Shown: piece after piece, positions 26,030-42,688 of the stretch
Layout: the number at the start of each line of letters is the position of its first letter
Numbering within the stretch: the first letter of the stretch is position 1
Source: Eledone cirrhosa
Taxonomy: Eukaryota
Assembly: GCA_964016885.1 (NCBI GenBank)
Contig: OZ024741.1
Location: 107,446,001 to 107,510,000, forward strand
Direction: 5' to 3'
DNA: 64,000 nt
Program-made: the position numbers and the translations under genes
Notes under the pieces: generated by a model
The model's input: only the letters and a program-made list of their open reading frames with translations
The model's database searches: none
Told to the model about the DNA's origin: nothing

Positions 26030-27831
26030 TGTTCGAGAGGTGCTGAGCTTTCAACTGATCACCATATAGTTATCTGCAACTTGAGACTACCTAATTCCAG
26101 AGAAGCCCACAAAACTGGCTGGTCCAGATCGACCAACATGTTAAAATGGGAAGCCTTGGTGGATAAGGAAGTCAGGACCAGGTATACAGATACTATTGCA
26201 TCCAAATCCAGAGAACTCCCTGAGCAAACTGAAGACGTTGAATCAGCGTGGAGACTGTTCAAATCAACTATTTCTGCTTCAGCTGTTAAATGCTCTGGGT
26301 GAAAGCGGCTTTGTGTGGTGCCGTGTGGCAGGAGGATCTTTGAAAATAAGTCCTCCTTGCAGTAAAAACATGCGCGGAAAATCGCTGCAGAGACAGTAAA
26401 GGCGTCCAAAGTTATGACACGAGAGGACTTAAACTGCAATCCGACGTCAGAATAGCAAATAAAGTGTTCTGGCACAACATTCACCGACTTCGTAATAAGA
26501 AGTCCACCTCCAAACCTGCTATGAGGAACGCGTATGGAGTTCTCCTCTCTTCAGTGAGGTGCATCAAACGAGGTTCAGCAGCATCTTCTGATGTACCACG
26601 AGGTGTATCTGGAAGCGATGGCTAATATTTTGGAGATTGAGGTCACAAGAGCAATTAAAGGCATCAAATGTGGCAAGGTCGCTGTGGAGGAAGGAATAAG
26701 TTGTTAAAAGCCTTAAATAGGGACGGTATTCTCTGGTTGACTCGTGTGCTGGGTGGCCTTGATCTCTGGAAAAGCACCTAAGCAATGACAATCGGTAGTG
26801 ATAATCCCAATTTTCAAAAAGGGAGACAAGAGTGATTGTTTCAATTATAGATGAATTTTCTTGTTAAGCTTCCCCACTAAAGTCTATACTAAGTGTTTGG
26901 CAAGGAAGTGTAGGGAGATTATCGAATACAAGCTAGCCGATGAAGAGTGTGATTTTCACCCCGTACGCAGCACAGCCAACCAAATGTTCACACTGCTGCA
27001 GGTCTTTGAAGAATCGTGAGAATACTGACAAGAGGTGTATGGTAGCTTCATAGATCTCGAAATTGTATACGACCGTGTTCGACGACGGGGCATACTGTAG
27101 AAGGTTGTGTAGGAGTATGGGATTGATGGACACCTTCTTGTTGCTTTGATGTCTCTATGCGAATGCCCGAGTATTTGTGTTCGGTTAAATGGTGCTAAAT
27201 CCAAACCATTCAATGTGGGTGTAGGACTGCACGAGGGTGCATGCTGTCACCTCTCCTGTTCATGATCTTCATGAGCTGGATTGATATGCACAGCAGATTT
27301 GGGAGTGGTATCAAAATTAGTGGGTGTAGGATCAGTCGGCTGGAATTTGCAGTCGGCATGTTATTACTTGTTTCGTCAGAAGTTGATCACCAAGTAGTTG
27401 ATAGGTTTGATGTCGTGTGTTGCATGGCTGGATTGAAAATTAGTGCTGCGACGAGTGAGACACTCGTTCTTCCAAGGAATCTGGCGCAGTGAACTGTACA
27501 TGTGAGGGGAGTTCCTCTGAAGCAGGTGGAGAAGTTCAGGTATATCGAGGCGGTGTACATGTGTGATGGAAGGCAGGAGGCTGAATAAAGTGCAAGAATT
27601 GCGGAGCTAGTATCGTAATGAGCCAGCTTCAAAATTTGGTAATCAGAAAAAAGGAGGTTGGTGTAAAAGCCAAACTCGCTATCTTCAATTCGGTATTTGT
27701 GCCAATACTTACCTTTGGTCATGTATCTTGTAAAATGATCGAAGAATATGATCGTGAACACAAGCGGCCAAAATGGGGTTCCCCGATGGTTCTTTGGAGT
27801 AACTTTACTCGATAGAGTGCTTAGCTCGGAG

Positions 27832-27896
<65 letters not shown>

Positions 27897-28090
27897 CCAG
27901 GGAGAGCCCTTACCTCACTGAATTTAGAGATCATGCGATTAGAATGTCTCAGGAAGTAATCGCTGGACAAATTTTACGGACAAAACCAACTGGCAGGAAA
28001 CCCATGGGGAGACCCCGATCAAGATGTTTGGATAACCTCCATGAGCTCGGTTCGTTCTGCTGCTGGATCAATTGGAAACGATTTCTTCTG
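26030..28090 (+). mobile_element. Decayed RTE-clade LINE (end of APE, RT and C-terminus)
   Basis: Remnants across many stops and frameshifts: STDHHIV, IIPIFKKGDKSDCFNYR, FIDLE..YDRV, GCMLSPLLFMIFM, QVEKFRYI and GRKPMGRPRSR. Confidence 0.85.
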
Positions 28091-28469
28091 ATAGGACCCG
28101 TTGTGAAATACAAACGATACTGTTATGTCTGTGAAATACAAACAATAATGTTATGTCCTCGAAACATATACCAATATCTATTTGAAGTTTTAAAAACATT
28201 TATTTCTTACATTGGCACAACGCCACACATCTATATATTCACTAGAATCATCGACACACAGCACCCTAATCCATATATAAGAAACAAACCTATTTTATCA
28301 ATTCCGGAAGAATGAAAAACAATGTCGCTCCAAGTGAGATTTCATGAGGAATGAAACCAATATTGATTATTTTAACCTTGGCAGATGATCAGAAGAAGAC
28401 AGATCTGTGAATTTGAATAAAAAATATTCCACTACCTGAGTGTTGTTTATATTACTGATTCCGGATATG

Positions 28470-28690
28470 CTGCTGGAATAGTAGATTCGATAGACCGTCG
28501 CATAACATGCTTTCCATCATTCGTTCCAGTACTCTGCGTCCTGATTTCAAATCCTGCCATGGTCATCTTTTCCTTTCACCCCACCGGGGCTGATAAGATA
28601 AAGTGCCGGTAAAGTGCTGGGGTTCATGTAAGTTACGTACCCATCACATTAAAATTGCGACCGTATGCCCTAATTAGAAGCAATTATTTA
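28470..28690 (+). mobile_element. Diverged SINE
   Basis: tcctgatttcaaatcctgcc...tttcctttcacccc..ggggctgataagataaagtgcc...aattagaagcaattattt. Confidence 0.6.
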
Positions 28691-29394
28691 GCCTGGACGG
28701 ACAAATAGCAAAGCTAATATTATTGAAATATGAACGCAGTTCGTAAATGGATGTAAGAAGATGTCACTATATAACATATATTTTGCGTACATGTACTGAG
28801 TCTTCATTAATGAATGCATTTACTTTAATGTTACCAGAAACCATAAGCTTTTCAAACTGTCACTCTTTCCTTTTACCCCTATCAACGTTTTGTGAGTAAA
28901 TTAAAATCCATTTTCCTTTGTTCAGTAATTTGAGTTTATATAGCTTTAACATTATACAGAAAAGAGAAATTGACTGACAAACTTGTATAATGTAATAAAA
29001 TCAGCGAAGAAAACTTAATTCGATATAAGAAGCCATTATTTTAATACTGCTGTTGCAGCTGCTACAAGAGTGAGGAATAGTTGAGAGACAAATTACGAAG
29101 TTTTAAGAAAATATTAGTCACGAAAATGTTTTGCCACGAACCATAGAAAAGTAGATGGTGGACCGCATGTTTGAGACCCCCTACTCTATAGCAAATTTAG
29201 TGTTTACTTTTTATAAATATTCTCTGTTAAGACCAAATATATTATTGTGTTGATATCGAGTATCGAGGATGTCAAAATAAACTTAAAGAGTGATTTAGTC
29301 TCTGGAGTACCATAATGAAAATAGTTTAAATGTTCCTAAAGCAAATATCTGATTTGCCGATTTCTGCGTTATAGATGATGCGTATACAGATGAT

Positions 29395-29650
29395 GATGTT
29401 TTTGATGAAGCTGGTGATAATGATGATGATGTCTATAATGTTATTGTTGTTTATGAAGACGATGACGATGATGATGATGATAACAATGAAGAATATGATG
29501 ATGATGATGGTGGTGTTGATGATGAATATGATGATGATGATGATGACGATATTTATTATGATGATGACGATGATAATGATGATGATGATGACGATGTTTA
29601 TATAGATGATATTGGTGATGAAGACGATGATGGTGGTGACGACAAAGATG
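29395..29650. repeat. Degenerate (GAT)n microsatellite
   Basis: Imperfect GAT repeats that produce the poly-Met pseudo-ORF. Confidence 0.9.
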
Positions 29651-30374
29651 AGTTTATGAGAGAAACATTACCATAACACTATAAGATAACACTATTGTGT
29701 AAAATAACGTGACTGGTGAAAGGAATAGGATTATTGACGATAGATGAAACGTTGAAAGTTGGTAGAAGTAAAGGACAAACGTGTAAGAGTAATACTATTC
29801 AAATTCCAATATTAAACTCTAAAGGATAAGGAAAAGTGACTTCCCTTCACTCTTCGCCTCTTTCCATATCCCTAATCCTACTTCTAACCCTGATCCTTTC
29901 CTTAACCCTGACCAGGAAGGATAAGAGGAAATACATCGATAGCTTTGTCGATAAAGCAGATGGAAATATCAACACGGATTTCGGACATTGTAGGAAGTCT
30001 GCATATAGGGAAGGAAAAGCAATTTCAAAGAGTAAAATATAGCTGAGTATGTATCAGAAACAGAAATAGAAAGCTCTTATTGAAGGATACAAATACGAAT
30101 ACAGTATGAGAAGAATGGAATATACATTACAAAAGTTTCATATATCATTTACACTAACTCTAAGCATTACTTCAATGGACAATACTTAACATATACATTG
30201 TGGATATTGATAGAACTCGTTAAAAATATAAAACTCCAAAAGAAGAAAGACAGAGAGGCAATCATTTTATATAATACACCAAGTACGTTAAAAATTATTC
30301 AGTAAATCTGTGAAGAAAATAACGTATGATAAATAATTCAATAGTAAAAAATCAAATGTATTTTTTCTCCTGAA

Positions 30375-30590
30375 AAGCGGTGGATTGTATCGTTAGTGTG
30401 TTGGACAAATACTTTGCGGTATTAGTTCCGGTTCTTTATGTTCTGAGTTCAAGTCCCGCTAATGTCAACGTTACCTTTCATCCTTCCTAGCCCTATGAAA
30501 TAAAGTATCAGAACATCATCCGGGATCGATATGATCGATTTTCCTTTTTCCCCAATTCACTGGACTGATGTTTAAATTAGAAGCCATTAT
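30375..30590 (+). mobile_element. Diverged SINE
   Basis: gcggtggattg...ttctgagttcaagtcccgc...cctttcatcctt...aaattagaagccattatt. Confidence 0.7.
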
Positions 30591-31173
30591 TTCCACTGAA
30601 TGAATTTTTTTAGAAAATGATTGATGCTACATTTCCATACAGATTCATGCAAAATTACTAATCAACTCACCGCCTCACTCACTTCAAACATACATGCAGG
30701 CATATTAATGCGCATATACACACACCGGTACTTGTACAATAATACGTATACGCACACACACTTGCACATACAGAGTGATGCGAATATACACACAACTACC
30801 CATGTACACCAATACGCATACACACACACACCAACGCGTTTCTCCTATTAAGAATACCACATATAATCACTCTCTTGTTTTCAGTCATTCACAAAATGGC
30901 CAACATGTAGTGCCCTACATGTGGGACTTACCGTCTCCCTTTATTTGTTAACGTTTTTCTTTGTTCACTGTTTCATATATTTTATGAAGAAATGACTTTG
31001 TCGGAAAACTCAAAATAACTTTATCCACGTCTCGTAAGTGTCATGCTAATAACCTCTTGTTACTCATTCTGTTATTCAGACTTTCTCTCTCCATCTGCCT
31101 GTTTGTCTCCCACTTGCTGTCATTCCCTCTCTCGCCCATTCTCGCTATTGCTACATATACCCCCCCCCCACAC

Positions 31174-31225
<52 letters not shown>

Positions 31226-31416
31226 TAAAAGGAAAAGAAAATGCTGAAAAATTGTTCCCAGTGAAAAATAGAAAACTAAAACTGAATACTAACCAATACT
31301 TATTACTAATTTTTATTTATTCCTAATTAAACTATTTTTCACTGGGAACAATTTGTCAGCATTTTCTTTTCCTTTTACCTATATATCACAACTCTTGTGT
31401 TACACCTCTATTCTTT

Positions 31417-31481
<65 letters not shown>

Positions 31482-31626
31482 AGATTTGAATGGATACAGT
31501 TTAGTTGAAAGGAATTTATTGACACGTGTTTCTATAACAGTTACATAACCTAAAACAGCTGCTATCTACAAACTTTTAGTTATGCAGACATTCAATATTT
31601 CAATGTTATTATTTACTGTCATTTCA

Positions 31627-31830
31627 AGGGCGGTAGATTGGCAGTATCGGTAGAGAGTCGGACACCATGCTTTCCAGCATAGTTACGTCCCTTTACGATC
31701 TGAGTTCAAATCCCGCCGAGGTTGACTTAGCCTTTCATCCTTACGAGGTCGATAAAATAAAGTACCAGTAATGCACTGGGTAATTGCTGGCCGTGTGCCT
31801 AAAGTAGAAACAATTATTTACTGTCATTTC
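31627..31830 (+). mobile_element. Full-length tRNA-derived SINE with target-site duplication
   Basis: A/B-box-like head (tggcagtatcgg, gagttcaaatcc). Flanked by the direct repeat ATTATTTACTGTCATTTCA, with the empty site present in the right arm at ~36042-36066. Confidence 0.92.
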
Positions 31831-32396
31831 ATCAGAATAATATTACTGAGGACCTATTTAGTTTTTATAGAGAATATTAGGAGGGAGGGGTGAAGTTGTT
31901 AGAAGAATAGTTGAAGGAGTGGTTTTTCGATAGCAGTGAGAATTCTTGGTGGCAGTGAGTAATTAGATTCCCATCTGTTGTTTTGACATTTTTTATAGAA
32001 TATATTATTGGTTATTTTTCTAAATCTATAGAAGGATTAGAGATAGTAAAGATATGCGTGGTTGGTTTTGTGTTTGCACTTAATTAACATTCAGACTTAA
32101 ATTTTTCTTTCAAGTGTACGTATCCTTTCACCCACGCATTCACAAACAAATATATTTGCACACCTCTACAAAATACATATACTCACAATTCACATATTCA
32201 TACTTACATATATATACACATGCATACACATATATATACACACATGTATTCATGTACATACATACGCGCTCATGTGTATACATTTTCATACTCAACTTAT
32301 CTTTATATACACACGTATAGACACACACATATATACATACATACTCTAGTCCATGTGTACACACATACACATACATACACATCCATATACACATAT

Positions 32397-32495
<99 letters not shown>

Positions 32496-32738
32496 GAAAC
32501 ACACAGATACATGCGGACACACACATATATACATGAATGCATCCGCACCCAACTGTGAGTTAAGGGTGCCAACTTCACCGATGTTGCTCAATGAATGACT
32601 GGGACAGACCAATTCAGTTTGAACTAGACTGAACCAGTATCAGAGTTAAAAATACATTATGAAGAGAGAAGAAACATTTAGATATAATTAGTAATAATTT
32701 ATTACTAATTATATCTAAATGTTTCTTCTCTCTTCATA

Positions 32739-32835
<97 letters not shown>

Positions 32836-33082
32836 CACTTTAATACATGAATACACTTACATCTAACTATACACATCAAACATATATATATATTTACTTA
32901 TTTATATACATTTTCACATATATATACATACTTATGGACGTTTTTAGACACATTCATTATCGCATATTTGTACCTATTCTCATCAGCATATCTTTCCATT
33001 ATTAGTGTGGTAATTTAAGGTTATTAATATATGTTGAGAAGAGATTGTTTTTATATTTTTCTAACTAGATTAAGGTTTATAT

Positions 33083-34675
33083 ATGAACTTAATCCTTAAA
33101 ATTAAATTCAAAGGACGCAACACCAACAGCAAATTACAGAAAGATATAAAAAAACTACTGGACGACCTTAAAAACACCAAAGGAATTGTAGTAAAAGCGG
33201 ACAAAACATCAAACCTTTACACTATGGATTGCACTACATACAACAACTTCATTCGAAAAGAATTACATAAAAAATATAGAAAAACGAGTGAAGTAACCCT
33301 TAAGCACATCACTGATGAGGCATGCGAAATAGTGAAAAATCTCGGAATCGAAGATAGGACAGGACCACTCTTACCGGCGGTACCCACCTTCAATCTTAAG
33401 GACCACAAGGTAAACTTTGATAATGACCCTAAAATTAGATTAATCTGCCCCTCTAAATCAGATATAGGTAAAATAAGCAAATATATCTTAGATAGAATCA
33501 TCCCCCAAATTAAGGCTAAAGTTAACATTAAACTCTGGGGGAAGACCCAAGAAGCAATAAGATGGTTTAATAGCATTAGCAATAAGAATAAATCTAAGTT
33601 TATCCAGTTTGATATCGATGAATATTACTCATCGATATCACCTGAAACTTTGAATAGAGCCATTAAGTTTGCTAAGGATAACTCTGACCTTACAAACGAT
33701 GAAATTAAGATTATATTAGAAGCTAGGAAAACTATAGTCAAATTTGAGAACAGTTATTGGGTACGTAAAGATAGACCCTCTAACTTTGACAAAACAATGG
33801 GCTCTAACGATTCGGCGGAAATAACTGATATTGTGGGGTTATTTATCGCCTTTAGACTCCAGGAAAAATTCAGCAATCTCCACGGCGGAATATACCGCGA
33901 CGATGTTCTCCTCCTAGCTAAAAACCTTAATAACCAAAAACTAGAAAAACTACGCAAAGATATAAGAAAACTACTACTCGAAATAGGACTAACTATAACA
34001 TATGAATACAACCTTAAAGTAGTTAACTTCCTGGATGTCACACTCAATTTAAACTCTGGTTTGATTAAACCGTTTCATAAATTGAATGAAAATCTCAAAT
34101 ACGTAAATGTTGGGTCTAACCACCCCATCTCTATAATTAAATCTATCCCTAAAAATATTTCCCTTAGAATCTCGGGTCTATCTTCTAACATACAAGTATT
34201 TAAGGAACACGCCGAGTACTACGATAACGCCCTTAGTAAAGCAGGCTACCTCAACAAAATAGAGTACATAGATGGGAACAATCAAAACACCCAAAATAAA
34301 TCCCACATAGGTAGATATAATAACACAACACCAAACCACACTTACTACCATAGTATGCACACCAGTAAACCAACAAACAAAACTAATAGAAAGCGATGCA
34401 AAGAGTACTTATGGTATAACCCCGAATACAATAGTTCCATTAGTACAAATTTACCAGTACTCTTCTTTAAAATAATTAAAAGACATTTTCCCACATCACA
34501 CAAATACCACAACATCCTAAACCCTACCACTATAAGACTGTCATACTCTACAGCGTTAAACCTTGAACAACACATAAAAAAGATCAATACTAGAAGGTTA
34601 AACGAAAACACTAAGAACTTAAGTACAAAGAACACAAAAAAAAACAGTAAACAATACACTACAGAACATAAATAA
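33083..34675 (+). CDS. PLE reverse transcriptase (probably 5'-truncated), frameshifted from its endonuclease
   Basis: 530-aa ORF with VKADKT, LKDHK, PKIRLI, FIQFDIDEYYSSI, TMGS, GIYRDD, VNFLDVTL and GSNHP. Confidence 0.92.
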   Translation: MNLILKIKFKGRNTNSKLQKDIKKLLDDLKNTKGIVVKADKTSNLYTMDCTTYNNFIRKELHKKYRKTSEVTLKHITDEACEIVKNLGIEDRTGPLLPAVPTFNLKDHKVNFDNDPKIRLICPSKSDIGKISKYILDRIIPQIKAKVNIKLWGKTQEAIRWFNSISNKNKSKFIQFDIDEYYSSISPETLNRAIKFAKDNSDLTNDEIKIILEARKTIVKFENSYWVRKDRPSNFDKTMGSNDSAEITDIVGLFIAFRLQEKFSNLHGGIYRDDVLLLAKNLNNQKLEKLRKDIRKLLLEIGLTITYEYNLKVVNFLDVTLNLNSGLIKPFHKLNENLKYVNVGSNHPISIIKSIPKNISLRISGLSSNIQVFKEHAEYYDNALSKAGYLNKIEYIDGNNQNTQNKSHIGRYNNTTPNHTYYHSMHTSKPTNKTNRKRCKEYLWYNPEYNSSISTNLPVLFFKIIKRHFPTSHKYHNILNPTTIRLSYSTALNLEQHIKKINTRRLNENTKNLSTKNTKKNSKQYTTEHK

Positions 34676-35162
34676 ACCACACCTAAGTTCGTCCGCAATA
34701 CTACTCCAGAGAAAACCCAACGTACACAACTGTAACTGCACCTATCCTGACAACTGCCCCCTCGGCAATAACTGCCTGGAAAAAAATATTATTTATAAGT
34801 GTACCATTAAATCCGGAGGCAACGAGTGGTATTACGTGGGATCAACGGCAACATCGTTTAAATCTCGATTGTATAGGCATTCTTACTCAATAAAACACCA
34901 GAGCCAAAGAAATGTAACAACTTTAGCAGAAAAAGCTTGGACGCTCAGGGATAGCGATCAAAAGTTTACCCTAAAATGGGAAAAATTAGCTAAAACCCAA
35001 AGCTTTTCCAGGAGCCAAAATTTCTGCAAATTGTGTAATCTTGAGATTTATTACATAATCACACACAAGAAGAAACTGCTGAATAACAGAATTGAACGAA
35101 CATTATTCTGCCGTCACAGAACTAAAACCCTTTTTTCCCACTACAAGCCGAATATTACATAA
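34645..35162 (+). CDS. PLE Cys-rich linker and GIY-YIG endonuclease (continues the RT after a +1 frameshift)
   Basis: Open frame reads CNCTYPDNCPLGNNCLEKNIIYKC...YYVGSTATSFKSRLYRH...CKLCNLE...LLNNR...CRH. Confidence 0.88.
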
Positions 35163-35429
35163 AAGAGGGACATCCCCCAACTATATAAACCTTAATCTAG
35201 TTAGAAAAATATAAAAACAATCTCTTCTCAACATATATTAATAACCTTAAATTACCACACTAATAATGGAAAGATATGCTGATGAGAATAGGTACAAATA
35301 TGCGATAATGAATGTGTCTAAAAACGTCCATAAGTATGTATATATATGTGAAAATGTATATAAATAAGTAAATATATATATATGTTTGATGTGTATAGTT
35401 AGATGTAAGTGTATTCATGTATTAAAGTG

Positions 35430-35470
<41 letters not shown>

Positions 35471-36030
35471 ATGTATATATGTGTATATGGATGTGTATGT
35501 ATGTGTATGTGTGTACACATGGACTAGAGTATGTATGTATATATGTGTGTGTCTATACGTGTGTATATAAAGATAAGTTGAGTATGAAAATGTATACACA
35601 TGAGCGCGTATGTATGTACATGAATACATGTGTGTATATATATGTGTATGCATGTGTATATATATGTAAGTATGAATATGTGAATTGTGAGTATATGTAT
35701 TTTGTAGAGGTGTGCAAATATATTTGTTTGTGAATGCGTGGGTGAAAGGATACGTACACTTGAAAGAAAAATTTAAGTCTGAATGTTAATTAAGTGCAAA
35801 CACAAAACCAACCACGCATATCTTTACTATCTCTAATCCTTCTATAGATTTAGAAAAATAACCAATAATATATTCTATAAAAAATGTCAAAACAACAGAT
35901 GGGAATCTAATTACTCACTGCCACCAAGAATTCTCACTGCTATCGAAAAACCACTCCTTCAACTATTCTTCTAACAACTTCACCCCTCCCTCCTAATATT
36001 CTCTATAAAAACTAAATAGGTCCTCAGTAA

Positions 36031-36088
36031 TATTATTCTGATGAAATGACAGTAAATAATAACATTGAAATATTGAATGTCTGCATAA
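36031..36088 (+). ncRNA. Hammerhead-like motif in the PLE 3' pseudo-LTR
   Basis: CTGATGA-aatg...catt-GAAA-tattgaatg-TC with a GUC triplet and palindromic stem III. Stem I pairing is poor. Confidence 0.45.
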
Positions 36089-36329
36089 CTAAAAGTTTGT
36101 AGATAGCAGCTGTTTTAGGTTATGTAACTGTTATAGAAACACGTGTCAATAAATTCCTTTCAACTAAACTGTATCCATTCAAATCTTTCTATTTTTCTCC
36201 GGATTACTTTTGGAACTACAACTGGAACCGTCGAGCAAACTCTACGTGAGCTGATAATCTACTGTGTGTAATATTTATATTACAACACAACGGAAAATAC
36301 TGTATATATATATATATATATATATATAA

Positions 36330-39056
<2,727 letters not shown>

Positions 39057-39091
39057 CGTATATATATATATATATATATATACATATACAT

Positions 39092-39215
<124 letters not shown>

Positions 39216-39255
39216 GATATTAAATAAATGGAAACTATATTTATAAAACCATATT

Positions 39256-39321
39256 TATTTCATTATATATATTTCAGGGATATCATATTAACAATATGTT
39301 ATGCCTTCTTCAGACAAAATA
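39256..39321 (-). ncRNA. Minimal type I hammerhead ribozyme motif
   Basis: Minus strand: tattttgt-CTGAAGA-agg...cct-GAAA-tatata-TA-atgaaata, in a ~155-bp island between two long (TA)n tracts. Confidence 0.75.
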
Positions 39322-39365
39322 CAATATAGACAGTTTTATAAATAAATAGATTTAAATATAACTTT

Positions 39366-39550
<185 letters not shown>

Positions 39551-39553
39551 CAT

Positions 39554-39654
<101 letters not shown>

Positions 39655-40502
39655 TATATTAATCATATGTTCATATTGGCAACAACGCAGTACGCCATTT
39701 TTCATTCACATATATGTTTCCCCTTCGCTGTTCGTATTTTTTCTGTCACCTTACTGCTATCCTCTTTCTCTCTATTCCACACAAGTGAAAGTATAAGGAA
39801 AAAATATTAAATCGAAAATGCAACTGGAGTCTTTTGAAGAATATTTATTTGGTTCCTTTACCAGTTTTGCAGTTCTTGTGCTTTTGAAAAGTAGAATTGA
39901 GATGGAAGGGTTGTGGTTTTTCTCGAATCTGGTTGGTGTTCGAATGTTACTTCTGTTTTAAATGGAAAAATGTGGCTCGAAATGCTAGGTTTTTAGAAAA
40001 GTAATTTGGTTGGTTGAAGACTGTCACATGAATAAGTATAATAAATTTCGCGCCAGTTCGCGTTACAAAGTTCTTATTATATTTTCCTTTTAAAAAAAAG
40101 AGGGGGGGGGGGGCTCAGATTGTTTTTCATTTATGAGTGAAATTTGGTTGGTTGATGCAGTCACGTGAATAAGCACATCAACTTTCGCGCCAGTTTGTGT
40201 TTGAGTTTCTTTTTACTTAAAAAACTGGCTCAAAAAAGTTTTTTTTATAAATGTAATTTGATTGATTATAAATGAAATTATGACTGTCACGTGAACAAGT
40301 ACATTAAATTTCGCGCCGGTATTTGTGAATTTTTTTGTAGCCATTTAGATAATGTTGTGCCCCCAAAAAGATAATGGCCAAGAAAAAAGGGATGGGGAGA
40401 ATTGTTTTGGTAAAGTGAGTATGGCTGATGTGCTGAAGTGTCAAAATTCAGACTTTCTGTTGAAATAAAGAAAGTAGAGATAAGTATTTTTATTTGTGTG
40501 CT

Positions 40503-40578
<76 letters not shown>

Positions 40579-40610
40579 AGCACACAAATAAAAATACATA
40601 TCTCTACTTT

Positions 40611-40677
<67 letters not shown>

Positions 40678-40719
40678 TAGGTAAATATACACGGGTGTGT
40701 ATGATTATGTATAGAAGAT

Positions 40720-41478
40720 TATATTAATAAGAGGAATTCCAACTCTGTCTGATTTACTCGTTTTATTTACAATCCTTTAAAATATATATAATATGGTATT
40801 ATAATGAAATAGTATGATAGAATATTAAATTCTAAGTGTTAATTGAACAAGTACTTTCATGCTTTCGCAATCTTCAGGTTCATGATATGTGGTGACAGTC
40901 GAGTTTGCAATTTTCAACTGTAATGAGATGGGTAAATTTACTACCTTTTATACATTTTATACAGAGAAAAGTGGCTCCAGAATGCAAAGCCCTGTAAACT
41001 GTATTTCGACCAATCAGTGTGTAGTTTCACTGAATTACTACAGCTGATTGGTTTAAGCGTCACGGCTGGTTGAGCATGCTAACGTCCAATAGTCATACCC
41101 AACGTATCAATTGTTTTGCTTTTTGAAATGATGAAAATAGCATTTTCTATTAATCATCACCATCAACATCACTTTTATTATTATTATTATTGTTGTTGTT
41201 AGTGGTTGTTGTTAGTGGTTGTTGTTAGTGGTCGTGGTCAAAATGTATAAAAGGTAGTAAATTTACCCATCTCATTACAGTTGAAAATTGCAAACTCGAC
41301 TGTCACCACATATCATGAACCTGAAGATTGCGAAAGCATGAAAGTACTTGTTCAATTAACACTTAGAATTTAATATTCTATCATACTATTTCATTATAAT
41401 ACCATATTATATATATTTTAAAGGATTGTAAATAAAACGAGTAAATCAGACAAAGTTGGAATTCCTCTTATTAATATA
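40720..41478. repeat. Fold-back element with ~239-bp inverted arms, each carrying a minimal hammerhead motif
   Basis: 40720-40958 is the reverse complement of 41240-41478. The motif tgaac-CTGAAGA-ttgc-gaaa-gcat-GAAA-gtac-TT-gttca lies at 41316-41354 (+) and 40844-40882 (-). Confidence 0.85.
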
Positions 41479-41839
41479 TATATATATATATATATATAAC
41501 GCGAGTGTATAAGGATTCTCAGGGAAATGGGAAAACTCGGCGTATGGAAGCTGTTCGAACAGCAAAATGCCGCCGAATCGCGACCTTGGGTAAAATATTA
41601 CCTCTAAGGGCAGAGATCAGCGACTAGATGTGAGTTGACTCGACTCGAAGGAAGGAAGAGAAGATAGGAAGAAGGAAAAAGAATGTATGAGAGTGACATG
41701 TCGCAAACATTATATAATTCTCTTCAGATCTCAACCTCCTGCAGTTTCGACGAATTAATGAGATTACAGCGGGGAATAGGAGGCTCGTAACGGAGAAACA
41801 AATATCTTCGTTCATAAAATGTTTGTGTTGGGACATGTT

Positions 41840-41870
<31 letters not shown>

Positions 41871-42607
41871 TAGAGAGAGAGAGGGGGGGAGTGCGTCTGA
41901 TCGACCCCAAGTTGTATATATATAAATATATTATAACTTATTCCACTTTCTCCTCGGTTACTTACTTACATGCGACATTGTCCTGTGTCCCAACTTCTAT
42001 CGCTATGTTTACTTCGTTTTTTCCTCTTTTCCTTCTTTTCTTCTTCGTCTCTCTTCACTATCACTTCTTTCCCTCCTGACCTCATGATGGATAAAAGGCC
42101 ATGGGTGCGCTACAGAACGATGTGTTCTGTTTTAAGCGCCGAAACATCTATTGTCTGTAGCAACCGCTGATGAAGGGATACTTTCTTCTCTTGTTTACGC
42201 CCTGTTTACCTTCTAACACTTATATATATATGGATATATATATATATACATACAGAGATTGAGAGAGAGGGTATGAGAGAGGCTTTGTCAAAGAGACATA
42301 CCAAAACATACGCAACATTTTCACATTCAAAAATTATGTTTATGTATGTATGCATGTATGCATGTATGTATGTATGTATGTATGTATGTATGTATGTATG
42401 TATGTATGTATGTATGTATGTTTGTTTGTATGTATGTATGTTTGTATGTTTGTATGTATGTATGTATGTATGTATGTATGTATGTATGTATGTATGTATG
42501 TATGTATGTTTGTTTGTATGTATGTATGTTTGTATGTTTGTATGCATGAATATATTATTTGTATGCAAAAAAGTTTGAATGCTTATATGTACGTACGAAT
42601 GCATTTA

Positions 42608-42688
<81 letters not shown>

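Larger units (their letters stand above)
31476..36300 (+). mobile_element. Penelope-like element with an inverted 5' copy of its 3' UTR/pseudo-LTR
   Basis: 31476-33083 is the reverse complement of 35182-36192 apart from two insertions in the left arm. It encloses the RT + GIY-YIG ORF and is flanked by (TA)n on both sides. Confidence 0.92.

Noticed and set aside
29130-29190. hAT MITE right end (gtttgagacccct)
   Set aside because: No matching left TIR or TSD could be identified.
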